A DNA stretch of 64,000 nt, from the NCBI GenBank assembly GCA_963812125.1, contig CAWETY010000010.1, forward strand, positions 272,747-336,746, written 5' to 3'. The notes below the pieces were generated by a model. It did not search any database, had not been told where the DNA came from, and saw only the letters and a list, made by a program, of their open reading frames with translations. This DNA comes from an uncultured Gammaproteobacteria bacterium (lineage in GTDB: Bacteria > Pseudomonadota > Gammaproteobacteria > Steroidobacterales > Steroidobacteraceae). This document shows positions 31,165-39,964 of the stretch, piece after piece (the first letter of the stretch is position 1; the number at the start of each line of letters is the position of its first letter). A program made the position numbers and the translations under genes.

Positions 31165-32250
31165 ATGCACTGGGCGATGCGGTTGCTGATGGCAGCGGTC
31201 GCAATCCTCGCAGCGCATCGCGTTCCAGCCGAAGCGCGCGGATTGAAAGCTCAAAAGCTGCCATTCGTCAGCCCGGACGCTTCGGCGCACCTAAGAGCGT
31301 TCACCCTGCCCTACTCGAGCTTCGCGAGCCCAGAGGCGAAAATCGCCTACGCACAATTGTTCGCCACCGATCATCACGCGCCCCCCGCGGATGCGGACAT
31401 TGCCACTCGGCGGGCCTATTACGATCGATTCAACAGCGCGCTGGCACGCCGCGCCGCGGAAATTTACCCGTTCATATCGAAAATAAGGTGTTCGGCGGTG
31501 TCAGGGCCGAAGTCATCACTCCAAAGGAAGGTGTGGCTGCCAACGAGCGCGATCGCATCCTGATCAACTTGCACGGTGGCGCTTTCTTGTGGGGTGAGGG
31601 CAGTGGAGGTGAGATTGAATCGATCCCGATTGCCAGCGTCGGACGGGTCACCGTCATCACGATCGCCTACCGACAGGGCCCCGAGTACAAATTTCCCGCA
31701 GCGAGTCAGGACGTAGCGACGGTATATCGCATGCTGCTAAAAGACCATGATGCCAAGAAAATCGGCATTTATGGCTGCTCGGCCGGCGGAATCCTCACCG
31801 CAGAGGCGGTTGCTTGGTTGCAAAAGGAACACCTCCCGATGCCCGGCGCGGTGGGCATTTTTTGTGCGTCCGCAGGCAAATTTGGCGGTGACTCCGTGCG
31901 GCTCGCCCCGGAACTTGCCGGACAGTCACCGCTTCCCGGTTCAACGAAAGGGAAACTGAGCTTCACACCGTACTTCAGCGAAGTGTCGCTAAGCGATCCG
32001 CTTGGTGCTGCCGATGAACTCAAAGCAGGTCATGGCGCACTTTCCGCCAACCCTGTTGCTCGCAGGCTCGCGCGATTTCGCCGTTAGTTCCGTCTGTCAA
32101 ACCGACATCGAACTGACCAAGGCGGGCGTAAAGACCGAGTTGCATATCTGGGACGGCCTGTGGCATTCGTTCTTCAATAATCCAGACTTGCCTGAGTCGA
32201 AGGAAATGTACTCCATCGTCATGAGCTTCTTCGACCGCAATCTAGGTTGA
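31165..32250 (+). CDS. secreted alpha/beta hydrolase (esterase/lipase, HGG type); two frame breaks (about 31455-31470 and 31995-32005)
   Basis: 'ILINLHGGAFLWG' (HGG oxyanion), 'GIYGCSAGGILTAEA' (GxSxG), C-terminal 'PPTLLLAGSRDF...WDGLWHSF'. Signal-like MHWAMRLLMAAVAILAAHRVPAEA. Pieces lie in three frames. Confidence 0.8.
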
Positions 32251-32592
32251 TCAAACATGCGGCGGCGGCCGGCTTTCTTCGTCTGGCCGGGCATTCTCCG
32301 TGTGCTCGCCGTTCGGGCGACATCACGCCGTCCATGGCTAGTCAGCCCAGTCTTCACATCCATGTGCGGCCGTGCGGTTGGTTAGACGGGATTACGCATC
32401 TCGTCGAGAAGACATCCGATCTCACCCTGCCGGATTCTTGGCCGAAGCGCCTGCGAAACCGTTGCCACTTCCGCGTGCATTTGACAATGCGCCAGTCGCG
32501 ACGACAACACTGCGACACCGTCGCGGGACGATCGCAAACACCCATGGCATAAAGGGCACCTCGGCGAAGCCCTCGCCTCTCGAGATGGAACA

Positions 32593-32985
32593 GTGCGCAC
32601 AACCGGCCGAACTTTGGTCCAGGATCTTGCAGCGGAATATACAAAGCGAACCCGTGCGAAGGCCGCCTTGGTATCGACGTCATGGCACAACAGTGTGCTC
32701 AACCTGTCCGAACTCATCATACTCAAATATGCGCCTGCGCTGACGGCCCGACGCCGGCAGCTCACCCTGACTTCGAATGGCGTTTTAGACGAGTCCCGCT
32801 GGCTGCAGGACGTCGAATGCTTCATTGACGAGGTGATCGACAAGGCAGGCGGCCACGTAAGAAGTTCACCGGAACGCCTGCGGGCTGTCAGATGGATGAT
32901 CGCTGCTGCAACGGCTCAATTTGCCTCATCGACAGCCCCAGTTTCGATTGATGCCGAAAGCGCCGCCGTTGAATTCGCCGCCTAG
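32593..32985 (+). CDS. hypothetical protein (weak call)
   Basis: 130-aa ORF with a protein-like composition but no recognisable motif. Start uncertain; the surrounding region has competing ORFs in all frames. Confidence 0.2.
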   Translation: MRTTGRTLVQDLAAEYTKRTRAKAALVSTSWHNSVLNLSELIILKYAPALTARRRQLTLTSNGVLDESRWLQDVECFIDEVIDKAGGHVRSSPERLRAVRWMIAAATAQFASSTAPVSIDAESAAVEFAA

Positions 32986-32991
32986 CCGAAC

Positions 32992-33312
32992 ATGAGCTTC
33001 GAGGTCCGCCGTCCAGTCAAACTCTCTCGTAGGATCACCCGGAATTTCGCGAGCCGCGACTGGACCTCCATCGGTCGTCGCAGAACGCATGCCACTCTCC
33101 GCACGGCCGGCATTCGCGCGAGCCTGAGCTCTCTCAGCGATCCCAGCTATATGCACACGGATGAGTCGCGCGTTGTCGGCTTCGACACGCCCGCCACGAA
33201 TGCCCGACTCGTTATTCGTTCATCACCCGAGAAAGACTGGAGCGACTGGCTTTGGTTGGGCCTAGTAATGTTTGCAATCGCAGCCGTCGCGGCAGTACAA
33301 GTGATGCAATGA
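32992..33312 (+). CDS. hypothetical protein with C-terminal TM helix (weak call)
   Basis: 106-aa ORF 7 nt after the previous ORF. C-terminal 'WLWLGLVMFAIAAVAAVQV'. No family recognised. Confidence 0.2.
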   Translation: MSFEVRRPVKLSRRITRNFASRDWTSIGRRRTHATLRTAGIRASLSSLSDPSYMHTDESRVVGFDTPATNARLVIRSSPEKDWSDWLWLGLVMFAIAAVAAVQVMQ

Positions 33313-33357
33313 TCAACGGCACCCGTGCAATTGCTGGGTGTACCATCCGAAGCATCT

Positions 33358-34035
33358 ATGGATCCGCTCTACAAGAAAGCCATCGCGCAAGGGGTCGCGG
33401 GGATGGCCGTATTCGTCGCCTTCATTTTCTTGCCCGCGGGCACGTGGCACTACTGGCAAGGCTGGCTCTTTATCGCAGTCTTTTCCGCCTCGACCATCGC
33501 CTTCACCGTCTATCTCGCTCTCTACGACAGGCCGCTTCTCGAGCGCCGCATGAATGCCGGACCACAGCATGAGAAAGAATGGTCGCAGAAGATCATCGTG
33601 TCGCTCATCATCCTCGCGTTTCTCTATCTTTATCATCTTGCCTCCACTCGATTACCGCTTTGGCCTCTCACCGGTGCCCGCATACCTGTCCTTCGTAGGG
33701 GACATCTGATCGTATTGTCATTCCTCTTTATTTTCTGGGTGCTGAAGGTCAATAGTTATGCTGCAGCCAACATCAGTGTGCGCGATGATCACAAAGTGAT
33801 CGACACCGGCCCCTATGCGTATGTGCGTCATCCCATGTATGCTGGCGCGCTCTGGCTTTTCATCGGCATGCCGCTTGCACTCGGTTCGTGGCTCACGATC
33901 TGTCTCGTCCCACTCATCTTGCCGATACTTGTTTGGCGGCTTCTTGATGAGGAAAGGATCCTGCGCCGCGATCTTCCCGGCTACAACGAATACGCAAGCC
34001 GCGTGCGCCATCGTCTCATCCCGTACCTCTGGTAG
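33358..34035 (+). CDS. isoprenylcysteine carboxyl methyltransferase (ICMT)/phospholipid methyltransferase family membrane protein; two compensating frame shifts (about 33620 and 33705)
   Basis: 'VIDTGPYAYVRHPMYAGALWLFIGMPLALGSW' and 'EERILRRDLPGYNEYASRVRHRLIPYLW' are the family signature. Between about 33620 and 33705 the alternative frame reads the expected 'SIFIILPPLDYRFGLSPVPAYLSFVGDI'. Confidence 0.75.
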   Translation: MDPLYKKAIAQGVAGMAVFVAFIFLPAGTWHYWQGWLFIAVFSASTIAFTVYLALYDRPLLERRMNAGPQHEKEWSQKIIVSLIILAFLYLYHLASTRLPLWPLTGARIPVLRRGHLIVLSFLFIFWVLKVNSYAAANISVRDDHKVIDTGPYAYVRHPMYAGALWLFIGMPLALGSWLTICLVPLILPILVWRLLDEERILRRDLPGYNEYASRVRHRLIPYLW

Positions 34036-34064
34036 GAATTCGCAGTCAGGAGCCGGTTGAGACC

Positions 34065-35693
34065 TCACTCGGCAACGCAGGCAAAACTCTTGGCCTCGGT
34101 GACCTCGCCGGATCCTAAGTACTTGGCCACCTGCGGGAATGGACACAGTGGTCGGGTCAAGGCGACGCCCTTGGCCTTGTCGTCCCCGTTGAACTTGGTG
34201 GCGATGACGCGTGCAGGCGCGACGCCCTGTTCCACCCAGCGCTCGAGCGCGACCACCAGGTCGTGCTCTGTATCGCCGGCACCGCCCGCCTGACCGAATT
34301 CATTCGGACCAGGGCCGCCGCCGCAGTGACCGACGCCCGGCGCCAGAAACAGTCGATAGAACTCTTGGGTCTTCGCCAACGCCGCCGCCGGGATCCTATC
34401 CTGCGCGGACACCACGGACTGGTAGTAGTGCACAGAACTTAACGGCGTGACGATCGGATCCGCCAAGCCTGCGTAGGCGATGTATTTGCCGCCGCGCGCC
34501 TTGAATGCTTTGAAGCTCACATCGGTGGCGTCCATAATCTTACCGATCTCGCGTGCATCGTTCAGAGTCTTGTCGAGATCGAGGTTCTTAAAGCTCCACT
34601 GGCGATCCTGGTAGACGAAATTGCGGAAGAAATTCCCGCCGTACATGCTCATTTGCGCCTCGGTCTGAGCCGCCTTGAAACTCGCGGTGCTGACCACACC
34701 GCTCCAGTCCAGTTCGCTGCCGTAAGGCTGACCGGCGAACACCTGCTTCCCGGCGTGGTCCCTGGGGCCCCGGTGAATCAATTCATAGGTGTGCAACTTC
34801 GCGGGCGCTAACCTAAGCGCCCCGCTCTTCACCTTGCACTGTAGAGGGTCGCTCAAGAATCCGTGCTCGGCATCTCCGGTCTTGGCGCAGGCGTTTGTCA
34901 CGACTTTGTCGACCTTCTTGAAATCCTCGAGCGTCAGATAGCCTTCCTTGCCGGCAAGATTGACGCTCTCATTCCAGACGAAACTAGTGAACAGGTGCAC
35001 CCAGTCGTTCGCCGCGGCACCGCTGAGAATGCCATCGAAATCCTCAGGATAGCGTTGCGACTCCATGTAACCTTCCTGGCCGCCCTTGGAGCAGCCGACG
35101 AAGTAGGAATGCACCGGCCCCTGTCCGTAAAACCTGGCGGCAATGGCCTTGGCGGCCACGGCTGTGAGATGCACGGCGCGGTAGCCGTAGTCGATGATCT
35201 TTTCCCGATGACCCAGTGCCCAGTCGGCCGCAGTGGGTCCGATGGCGGGCGCGTCGTGACCATCATCGGTGGAAGCCACCACCGATCCCCCGAGCAAGGG
35301 ATTGACCATCGAGTCGTAGCGGATGAAGCCCGCGAAGCCGCCATTGCCGACCGATTCATAGCGCCCGCTCCAGCCGGAAGCCGGCAGCCACACTTCGAAC
35401 TTGATATCCGAGTCGCCGGTCGGATGGAGGTGACCGACCACGCGGCAGAAAGCTGCGGGTACGGGCTTTGGATGCATGAACGCCTTGGCCCAATCCGGGA
35501 CTGGCGGGGTGAATGTGTCGGCCGCTGTCGACTGGGCCAGAGAAATGCTGGTTTGCGGCAGCGAAACCTTTGCGAGTTCCTCACAACTCATGGGTACCGC
35601 ACGTGCGAGAGTGGCGAGTAGAATGAGGTTGAAGCAAAGCGATGCGCGTAATGACCCGCGTAGCGTCGCGCGAAATATTTTTCTAGTCGGCAT
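34065..35693 (-). CDS. tannase/feruloyl esterase family alpha/beta hydrolase (secreted)
   Basis: 'YFVGCSKGGQEGYMESQRYPEDFDGILSGAAANDW' and 'FLAPGVGHCGGGPGPNEFG' are typical of the tannase/feruloyl esterase family. Signal-like N-terminus; start taken at MPTRKIF. Confidence 0.85.
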   Translation of the reverse strand: MPTRKIFRATLRGSLRASLCFNLILLATLARAVPMSCEELAKVSLPQTSISLAQSTAADTFTPPVPDWAKAFMHPKPVPAAFCRVVGHLHPTGDSDIKFEVWLPASGWSGRYESVGNGGFAGFIRYDSMVNPLLGGSVVASTDDGHDAPAIGPTAADWALGHREKIIDYGYRAVHLTAVAAKAIAARFYGQGPVHSYFVGCSKGGQEGYMESQRYPEDFDGILSGAAANDWVHLFTSFVWNESVNLAGKEGYLTLEDFKKVDKVVTNACAKTGDAEHGFLSDPLQCKVKSGALRLAPAKLHTYELIHRGPRDHAGKQVFAGQPYGSELDWSGVVSTASFKAAQTEAQMSMYGGNFFRNFVYQDRQWSFKNLDLDKTLNDAREIGKIMDATDVSFKAFKARGGKYIAYAGLADPIVTPLSSVHYYQSVVSAQDRIPAAALAKTQEFYRLFLAPGVGHCGGGPGPNEFGQAGGAGDTEHDLVVALERWVEQGVAPARVIATKFNGDDKAKGVALTRPLCPFPQVAKYLGSGEVTEAKSFACVAE

Positions 35694-35786
35694 TAACTTC
35701 CCCCCGCTATTGTCCATGCCCTCAATTTGCATGTATTTAAGGTCCGAGCGCAGCCACTTCGGGTCCTGCCCCTCACCGACCTTCGG

Positions 35787-36464
35787 CTATTTTCCGCATG
35801 TTTCCGTAGCGCCGCCTTTCCTTTCCATTTGCGGCGGACCCAACAGCGTGGCGGCGAGTTCGCGCGCCGACATCGCGCCATAAATGCGGGGCTCAATGGT
35901 GCCCTCGTTGATCATCGTCGCAAGACCATGAACGAATGCCCACGATCGAAGACTTTCAATTTCATCCTGCATCGCATCGCGAGGCTCTGACTGAGCAGCA
36001 TGCACCGCTCCGCGCAATACCTCATACGCGGAAGTCCGCGCGGCATCCAGATCCGCATCGCCCGATGCCTGATGGACGCTGGAGCCGAACATTAACTTGA
36101 ACAGGCCGGGGTTGGAGGTGGCAAAAGCGACATAGGCAATGCCGGTAGCGTTCAGCCGCGCCAGCGGATCCTTCGCGGCACTCATTTCCCGTCGCATGGC
36201 AGCGGCAAATTCCTTAAACCCAAGCGCGGCAATGGCGGCGAGCAACGCGGCCTTATCGGCGAAATGATTATAAGGCGCGGCCTGCGAGACGCCGGCTCGT
36301 CGTGCCGCGGCACGCAATGTGAGAGCTTCGTAACCCTCCGACTCCAGAATTTCGCGCGCAGAGCGAATGAGCGCGGCCCGCAGCGCGCCGTGATGATAGC
36401 TGGCCTTTTTAGGCGCCGTTCTATCGCGTGCCTTCTTGCGTGCCGTTTTTGCCTGAGGAGACAT
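35787..36464 (-). CDS. TetR/AcrR family transcriptional regulator
   Basis: 'LTLRAAARRAGVSQAAPYNHFADKAALL' HTH. Divergent from the UrcA-like gene. Confidence 0.85.
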   Translation of the reverse strand: MSPQAKTARKKARDRTAPKKASYHHGALRAALIRSAREILESEGYEALTLRAAARRAGVSQAAPYNHFADKAALLAAIAALGFKEFAAAMRREMSAAKDPLARLNATGIAYVAFATSNPGLFKLMFGSSVHQASGDADLDAARTSAYEVLRGAVHAAQSEPRDAMQDEIESLRSWAFVHGLATMINEGTIEPRIYGAMSARELAATLLGPPQMERKGGATETCGK

Positions 36465-36506
36465 GCCTGCAACATAGCTGGTGCAGCGCAGAAAAGCCAG
36501 CGCATG

Positions 36507-36551
36507 TTGACATTGTTAATATTCATGCTATATTGGTATTAACAGCGTTAA
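36507..36551 (+). promoter_or_regulatory. sigma70-like promoter with overlapping inverted repeats (candidate TetR operator)
   Basis: TTGACA (36507-36512), 16-nt spacer, TATATT (36529-36534). Perfect 8-bp inverted repeat TGTTAATA (36515-36522) / TATTAACA (36537-36544), and TTAAC-AGC-GTTAA (36539-36551). Confidence 0.4.
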
Positions 36552-36593
36552 CATTCGCTCGAATCCGCATCCAGCCACATCAAGGAGACCGTC

Positions 36594-36980
36594 ATGAAAA
36601 CATCGATCAAAACCCAGTCCAAATTAGTGAAAACCATCCTGGCCGCCGGCTTTCTAAGCCTTGGCTGCGCGGCAATCGGCGAAGATGCGCTGGCATCTGA
36701 CTCCCCAGCCGCGGCAACGGTCACCTATCCCGTTGGCTATTCGGACCTGGATATTTCCACCGCGAAAGGCGCCAAGACGCTCTATTTGCGCATCCGCTAC
36801 GCCGCGGAAACGCTCTGCGAAGCCGCCGCCAGTTGGGGCAAGAAAGAGGGAGAAGCGTGTGTCCACAAGGCTGTGAATGACGCCGTTGCGCGCGTACATG
36901 CCCCGCTGCTGTCGCAATATCAACAACTGCGCAGCAAGAGCGACAAAGCCAGCCCCGCGCAGCTTGCGAAGGCCAATTGA
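36594..36980 (+). CDS. UrcA-family secreted protein
   Basis: Signal peptide; 'VGYSDLDISTAKGAKTLYLRIRYAAETLC' matches the UrcA-family pattern as I recall it. Confidence 0.6.
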   Translation: MKTSIKTQSKLVKTILAAGFLSLGCAAIGEDALASDSPAAATVTYPVGYSDLDISTAKGAKTLYLRIRYAAETLCEAAASWGKKEGEACVHKAVNDAVARVHAPLLSQYQQLRSKSDKASPAQLAKAN

Positions 36981-37003
36981 GTAATGAGCGGACGCGATAA
37001 CTT

Positions 37004-37029
37004 GGGCGGTGGGAGATGATCCACCGCCC
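37004..37029 (+). terminator. hairpin downstream of the UrcA-like gene
   Basis: GGGCGGTGG (37004-37012) / CCACCGCCC (37021-37029): perfect 9-bp stem, 8-nt loop, no strong T-tract. Confidence 0.4.
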
Positions 37030-37401
37030 GAGTCTGGGGGATGCAAAGAACGAGCGTCGAGGGGGACCGGCGCTTGCGAACACGCTCGCCGTGTTTCTTC
37101 ACAATGAAGACTTCAGCGCAATTTTATGCGATGGGCGAAAGCCGCTAGTTGCCGGGCATGACCGTTCGGAAGGCGCGGGTAAACACGCAACTTTGATCGC
37201 TGCGGCACGTCGGTAACGATGTCGCCAGCGCATTTGCCGGGCACGAAACCCAAAGTCAAACGCATTGCTTCTAACCGGCGCTGGCGCCCGCCTTCACCAA
37301 AACAATTCCTGGCTCGACGACGGCAGCCAAGCGCGGTTCCGCCCCAAAGCCAACTTGGACGATTTCCCCCTTCCGCATGAGTACGATGTCGAAAAGATCG
37401 C

Positions 37402-37734
37402 TCAGTCGTCCGCTTTAATCTTAATGTCGTTGTGCACCGATACCACGTGTTCGGTATCGCGCGCTATTGACACCGCCTTGTCGATTGCCGCCTGCGATCT
37501 TGCCGTCCCGCTCAACCATACGACGCCATCTTTATCCGTATCGACATGGATTCGCCCGAGGCTAGTAATGTGCTCTGCAGCGAGCTTTGTCTTGATCTTT
37601 GACGTGATGGCCGAATCCTTCACGAAGTTGGCGGGATGCGAGCGATCCGTATCGGAGTCCTTGTCCGCCATGACCGCGGCAGAAGCGAATAGAGCGCAAA
37701 AGGCCAACGTAGTTAGCACCATTTTTGATTTCAT
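37402..37734 (-). CDS. BON domain-containing (OsmY-like) periplasmic protein
   Basis: Signal peptide MKSKMVLTTLAFCALFASAAVMA. 'DSAITSKIKTKLAAEHITSLGRIHVDTDKDGVVWLSGTARSQAAIDKAVSIARDTEHVVSVHNDI' fits the BON domain pattern. Confidence 0.75.
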   Translation of the reverse strand: MKSKMVLTTLAFCALFASAAVMADKDSDTDRSHPANFVKDSAITSKIKTKLAAEHITSLGRIHVDTDKDGVVWLSGTARSQAAIDKAVSIARDTEHVVSVHNDIKIKADD

Positions 37735-38416
37735 AGCCTTATCCTCGAAGTGTTTTATTTCTGGAGACGCCAGACAGAAACGATCATCCTGCGCCTCGAG
37801 AACTCAGGTTTCCGTACGTTAACGTACATATCGCACAAAACCTAAACGATCGGCAACGCGACCGAAGGAACGCTCAACATCGGCGGTGTGATCTCGCATC
37901 GTTCTACATTCGACAGCCGGCCCTTTGAGGGCAGCCTCTCAATCACCCGCGGCAAAACCCGACGCGACGTGCGATTACCGGGATTGACGATACACATCGT
38001 GCCTGGGTCAGGCCCGCGACTTGAACCTCCTGCGCCGAATTTGCGTTTCGGCGAGCTGTATCTGGCGAGCGATCCGCGGCGATTCTTGGAAAATCTCACC
38101 CGCGGGCGCGGTCGGCGTGATCGCGTGCTGCCGCAACCAACCCTCGAGGCGGAGCTCGATCGCATTTTGAGGCGGTTGAGGGGTTCTATCGAAAATATGG
38201 GTTCCGACTCTGCGATTCGAAGAGTCGACAGTTATACCTGCCGCTAGGAGCTGAGTAGGATTCCCAAGCTGCAGGTATTCGCGGAGGCGCGATCCGGACT
38301 CGGACTAGCGATTCGCCTTTGCCCCAAATCGGTCGATATTGAGCTGATTTCGCAGCGATTATCGTTGGGGGCATCGGAATTCCATTTTCTGCGGATACCC
38401 CCAATTCCATGTAGAG

Positions 38417-38440
38417 TTCAGACGGCTGGCCGACGCATTC
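38417..38440 (+). repeat. degenerate att-like direct repeat, copy A
   Basis: TTCAGACGGCTGGCCGACGCATTC matches 19 of 24 positions of copy B. The core GACGGCTGG is identical to the tRNA-Lys 3' acceptor/T-arm segment at 40583-40591. Confidence 0.4.
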
Positions 38441-38611
38441 GCGCTCTAAGGGTCTGTTTATGCGAAGAAAATTCATTCTTGCATACTACGAGGCCCCAAA
38501 AAGGCCCCACGCACACGTGGATTTCCTCGAACATCTGCGGACGCCGGCGGAAATCGCTGTCACGACTTTTCAGCGGCAAGTTAATCATTCGCCGCTGAGC
38601 CGTCTTGCACT

Positions 38612-38794
38612 CTAGTCGGTACTCTGGCCCGCGGCTTTCTTTCTCGCCGACCGGCGTCCGAGCGTGCGGTCGAGCTTATCGAGCAGCGCCAGACGCACCT
38701 CTGGTCAACCGCGTGTGGCGCGCAGCCGATAGTGGTTCTCGGCATCAAGCTGTGCGAGCGCGACGGTGGCCCGCTCCAGCGTCGTCGGAGACAT
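38612..38794 (-). CDS. small hypothetical ORF downstream of vapC (frame-shifted near 38705; weak call)
   Basis: ATG at 38794, 6 nt after the vapC stop: 'MSPTTLERATVALAQLDAENHYRLRATRG*'. It continues in another frame as 'PEVRLALLDKLDRTLGRRSARKKAAGQSTD*'. Confidence 0.2.
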
Positions 38795-38800
38795 ACTAGA

Positions 38801-39199
38801 TCAAGGTGTGATGAGCTGCACGGTCGGAAAGTAGGTGCGATATCGCGCCACATCGCGTGTGAGGATCGGGCATTGCATGACGGCAGCGTGTGCGCCCACA
38901 TAAAAATCCGGCAATACGCTTTGCTTGACGCCGCGAGCGCGCCGGTAGCTGAGAAACACCTTGCCAGCCAAAAACAACGCTTCACGCGGGATGTCCTCCA
39001 CGTTTAGGGATGCTTCGATGATTACCGCTTCAAGTTCCTCGATCCTGGTGAAGGCAATGGAGAGTTCTGAGTAAATGATGGGATTGATCGCGAGAGTGTC
39101 GGTGGCACTCGCCGAGTCGAGCTTCCCTTGCGACCAAACCGCCCACTCGGAATCGTCTTCGAGCACGTCGAGTAGGACGTTCGTATCGACCAGAATCAT
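38801..39199 (-). CDS. vapC: type II toxin VapC (PIN-domain ribonuclease)
   Basis: 'MILVDTNVLLDVL' with the conserved Asp, '..IIYSELS..' and C-terminal 'LPDFYVGAHA...ILTRD' fit the PIN signature. It abuts the antitoxin stop (TAAATG). Confidence 0.85.
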   Translation of the reverse strand: MILVDTNVLLDVLEDDSEWAVWSQGKLDSASATDTLAINPIIYSELSIAFTRIEELEAVIIEASLNVEDIPREALFLAGKVFLSYRRARGVKQSVLPDFYVGAHAAVMQCPILTRDVARYRTYFPTVQLITP

Positions 39200-39436
39200 T
39201 TAGTTTCCGCGCGTCAGCGCGATAATCTCTTCCGTCGTCATACGCACGGTGGCCCGACCGCGCAGCTTCGCGAATCTGCTGGTCCGTCGCTTGGCGGCCG
39301 CCTTCGCAGCGCGCAACGCGATCTCACCGCTGTCGAGCCGCTCAAAGGTGACCGCCGCCCCGGGCTTAAGACCAAGATAGTCTCGAACCTTCTTCGGAAC
39401 CGTGACTTGTCCTTTGCTCGTGAGGTTGGTCGCCAT
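39200..39436 (-). CDS. vapB: type II antitoxin VapB (AbrB/SpoVT family)
   Basis: 'LTSKGQVTVPKKVRDYLGLKPGAAVTFE' is a SpoVT/AbrB swapped-hairpin motif. 78 aa, immediately upstream of vapC. Confidence 0.85.
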   Translation of the reverse strand: MATNLTSKGQVTVPKKVRDYLGLKPGAAVTFERLDSGEIALRAAKAAAKRRTSRFAKLRGRATVRMTTEEIIALTRGN

Positions 39437-39614
39437 AAAGTGTTACCTAACATGTAAAGTAATACTGTAGCGGAACATCGTGCCTAGGTCACGGGTTTTC
39501 GCTCTTTCGCGACCCGCCCGTATAAATGCAAAGGTTAGCAAACGGAAGTTCCAAATAATCGATGTGAATTATAGCTATTTACTATAACATATTGATTTCG
39601 TTTTTAAACTTTTG

Positions 39615-39638
39615 TTGAGACGGCTGGCCACTGAATTC
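39615..39638 (+). repeat. degenerate att-like direct repeat, copy B
   Basis: TTGAGACGGCTGGCCACTGAATTC. It shares the 12-nt core AGACGGCTGGCC with copy A. Its flanks partly resemble the tRNA-Lys 3' end (TGGTGGGACGGCTGGGACTCGAACC). Confidence 0.4.
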
Positions 39639-39805
39639 TCAGCCTAAGTTCCTGTTCTCACAGGAATTCAATATCCGAGTTTCTTTGGATGCCCCCAGCG
39701 CCCCCCCCCTTAAAGTATTGGCTGTGAGCGGACGTCGTTGGACTTTCAATTCAGCCTAGTTGTCAGCCCGGCGGCACAAGTCGCGCTTGCGTGACCAGCC
39801 ATTGA

Positions 39806-39958
39806 TTACGCCGCCATCTGCCTCCAGGCGCGCTTCACTCGTCGACGCGAGATCAGCAAGTCCGCAGAAACATTGAAGCGCTCGCGAAGCCTGCGAACCA
39901 TTGTGAGGCTAAGTTCACGCACCCAGCCCTCCGTTGTTGCGCGCGCGATCCGGTACGC
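39806..39958 (-). pseudogene. HigA/XRE-type HTH segment, in frame with the upstream ORF and separated from it by a single TGA
   Basis: '..AYRIARATTEGWVRELSLTMVRRLRERFNVSADLLI..' resembles the C-terminal HTH of HigA/COG5499 antitoxins (..R.RVSE.L.GKR.LSLEMIRRLHE.LGI.AEVLI). It has no start of its own and shares the frame of ORF 39965-40423. Confidence 0.45.
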
Positions 39959-39964
39959 TATTTG

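Noticed and set aside
37265-37822. 185-aa plus-strand ORF
   Set aside because: It is antisense to the well-supported BON-domain gene (37402-37734), which has a clear signal peptide. The plus-strand ORF has no family signature.
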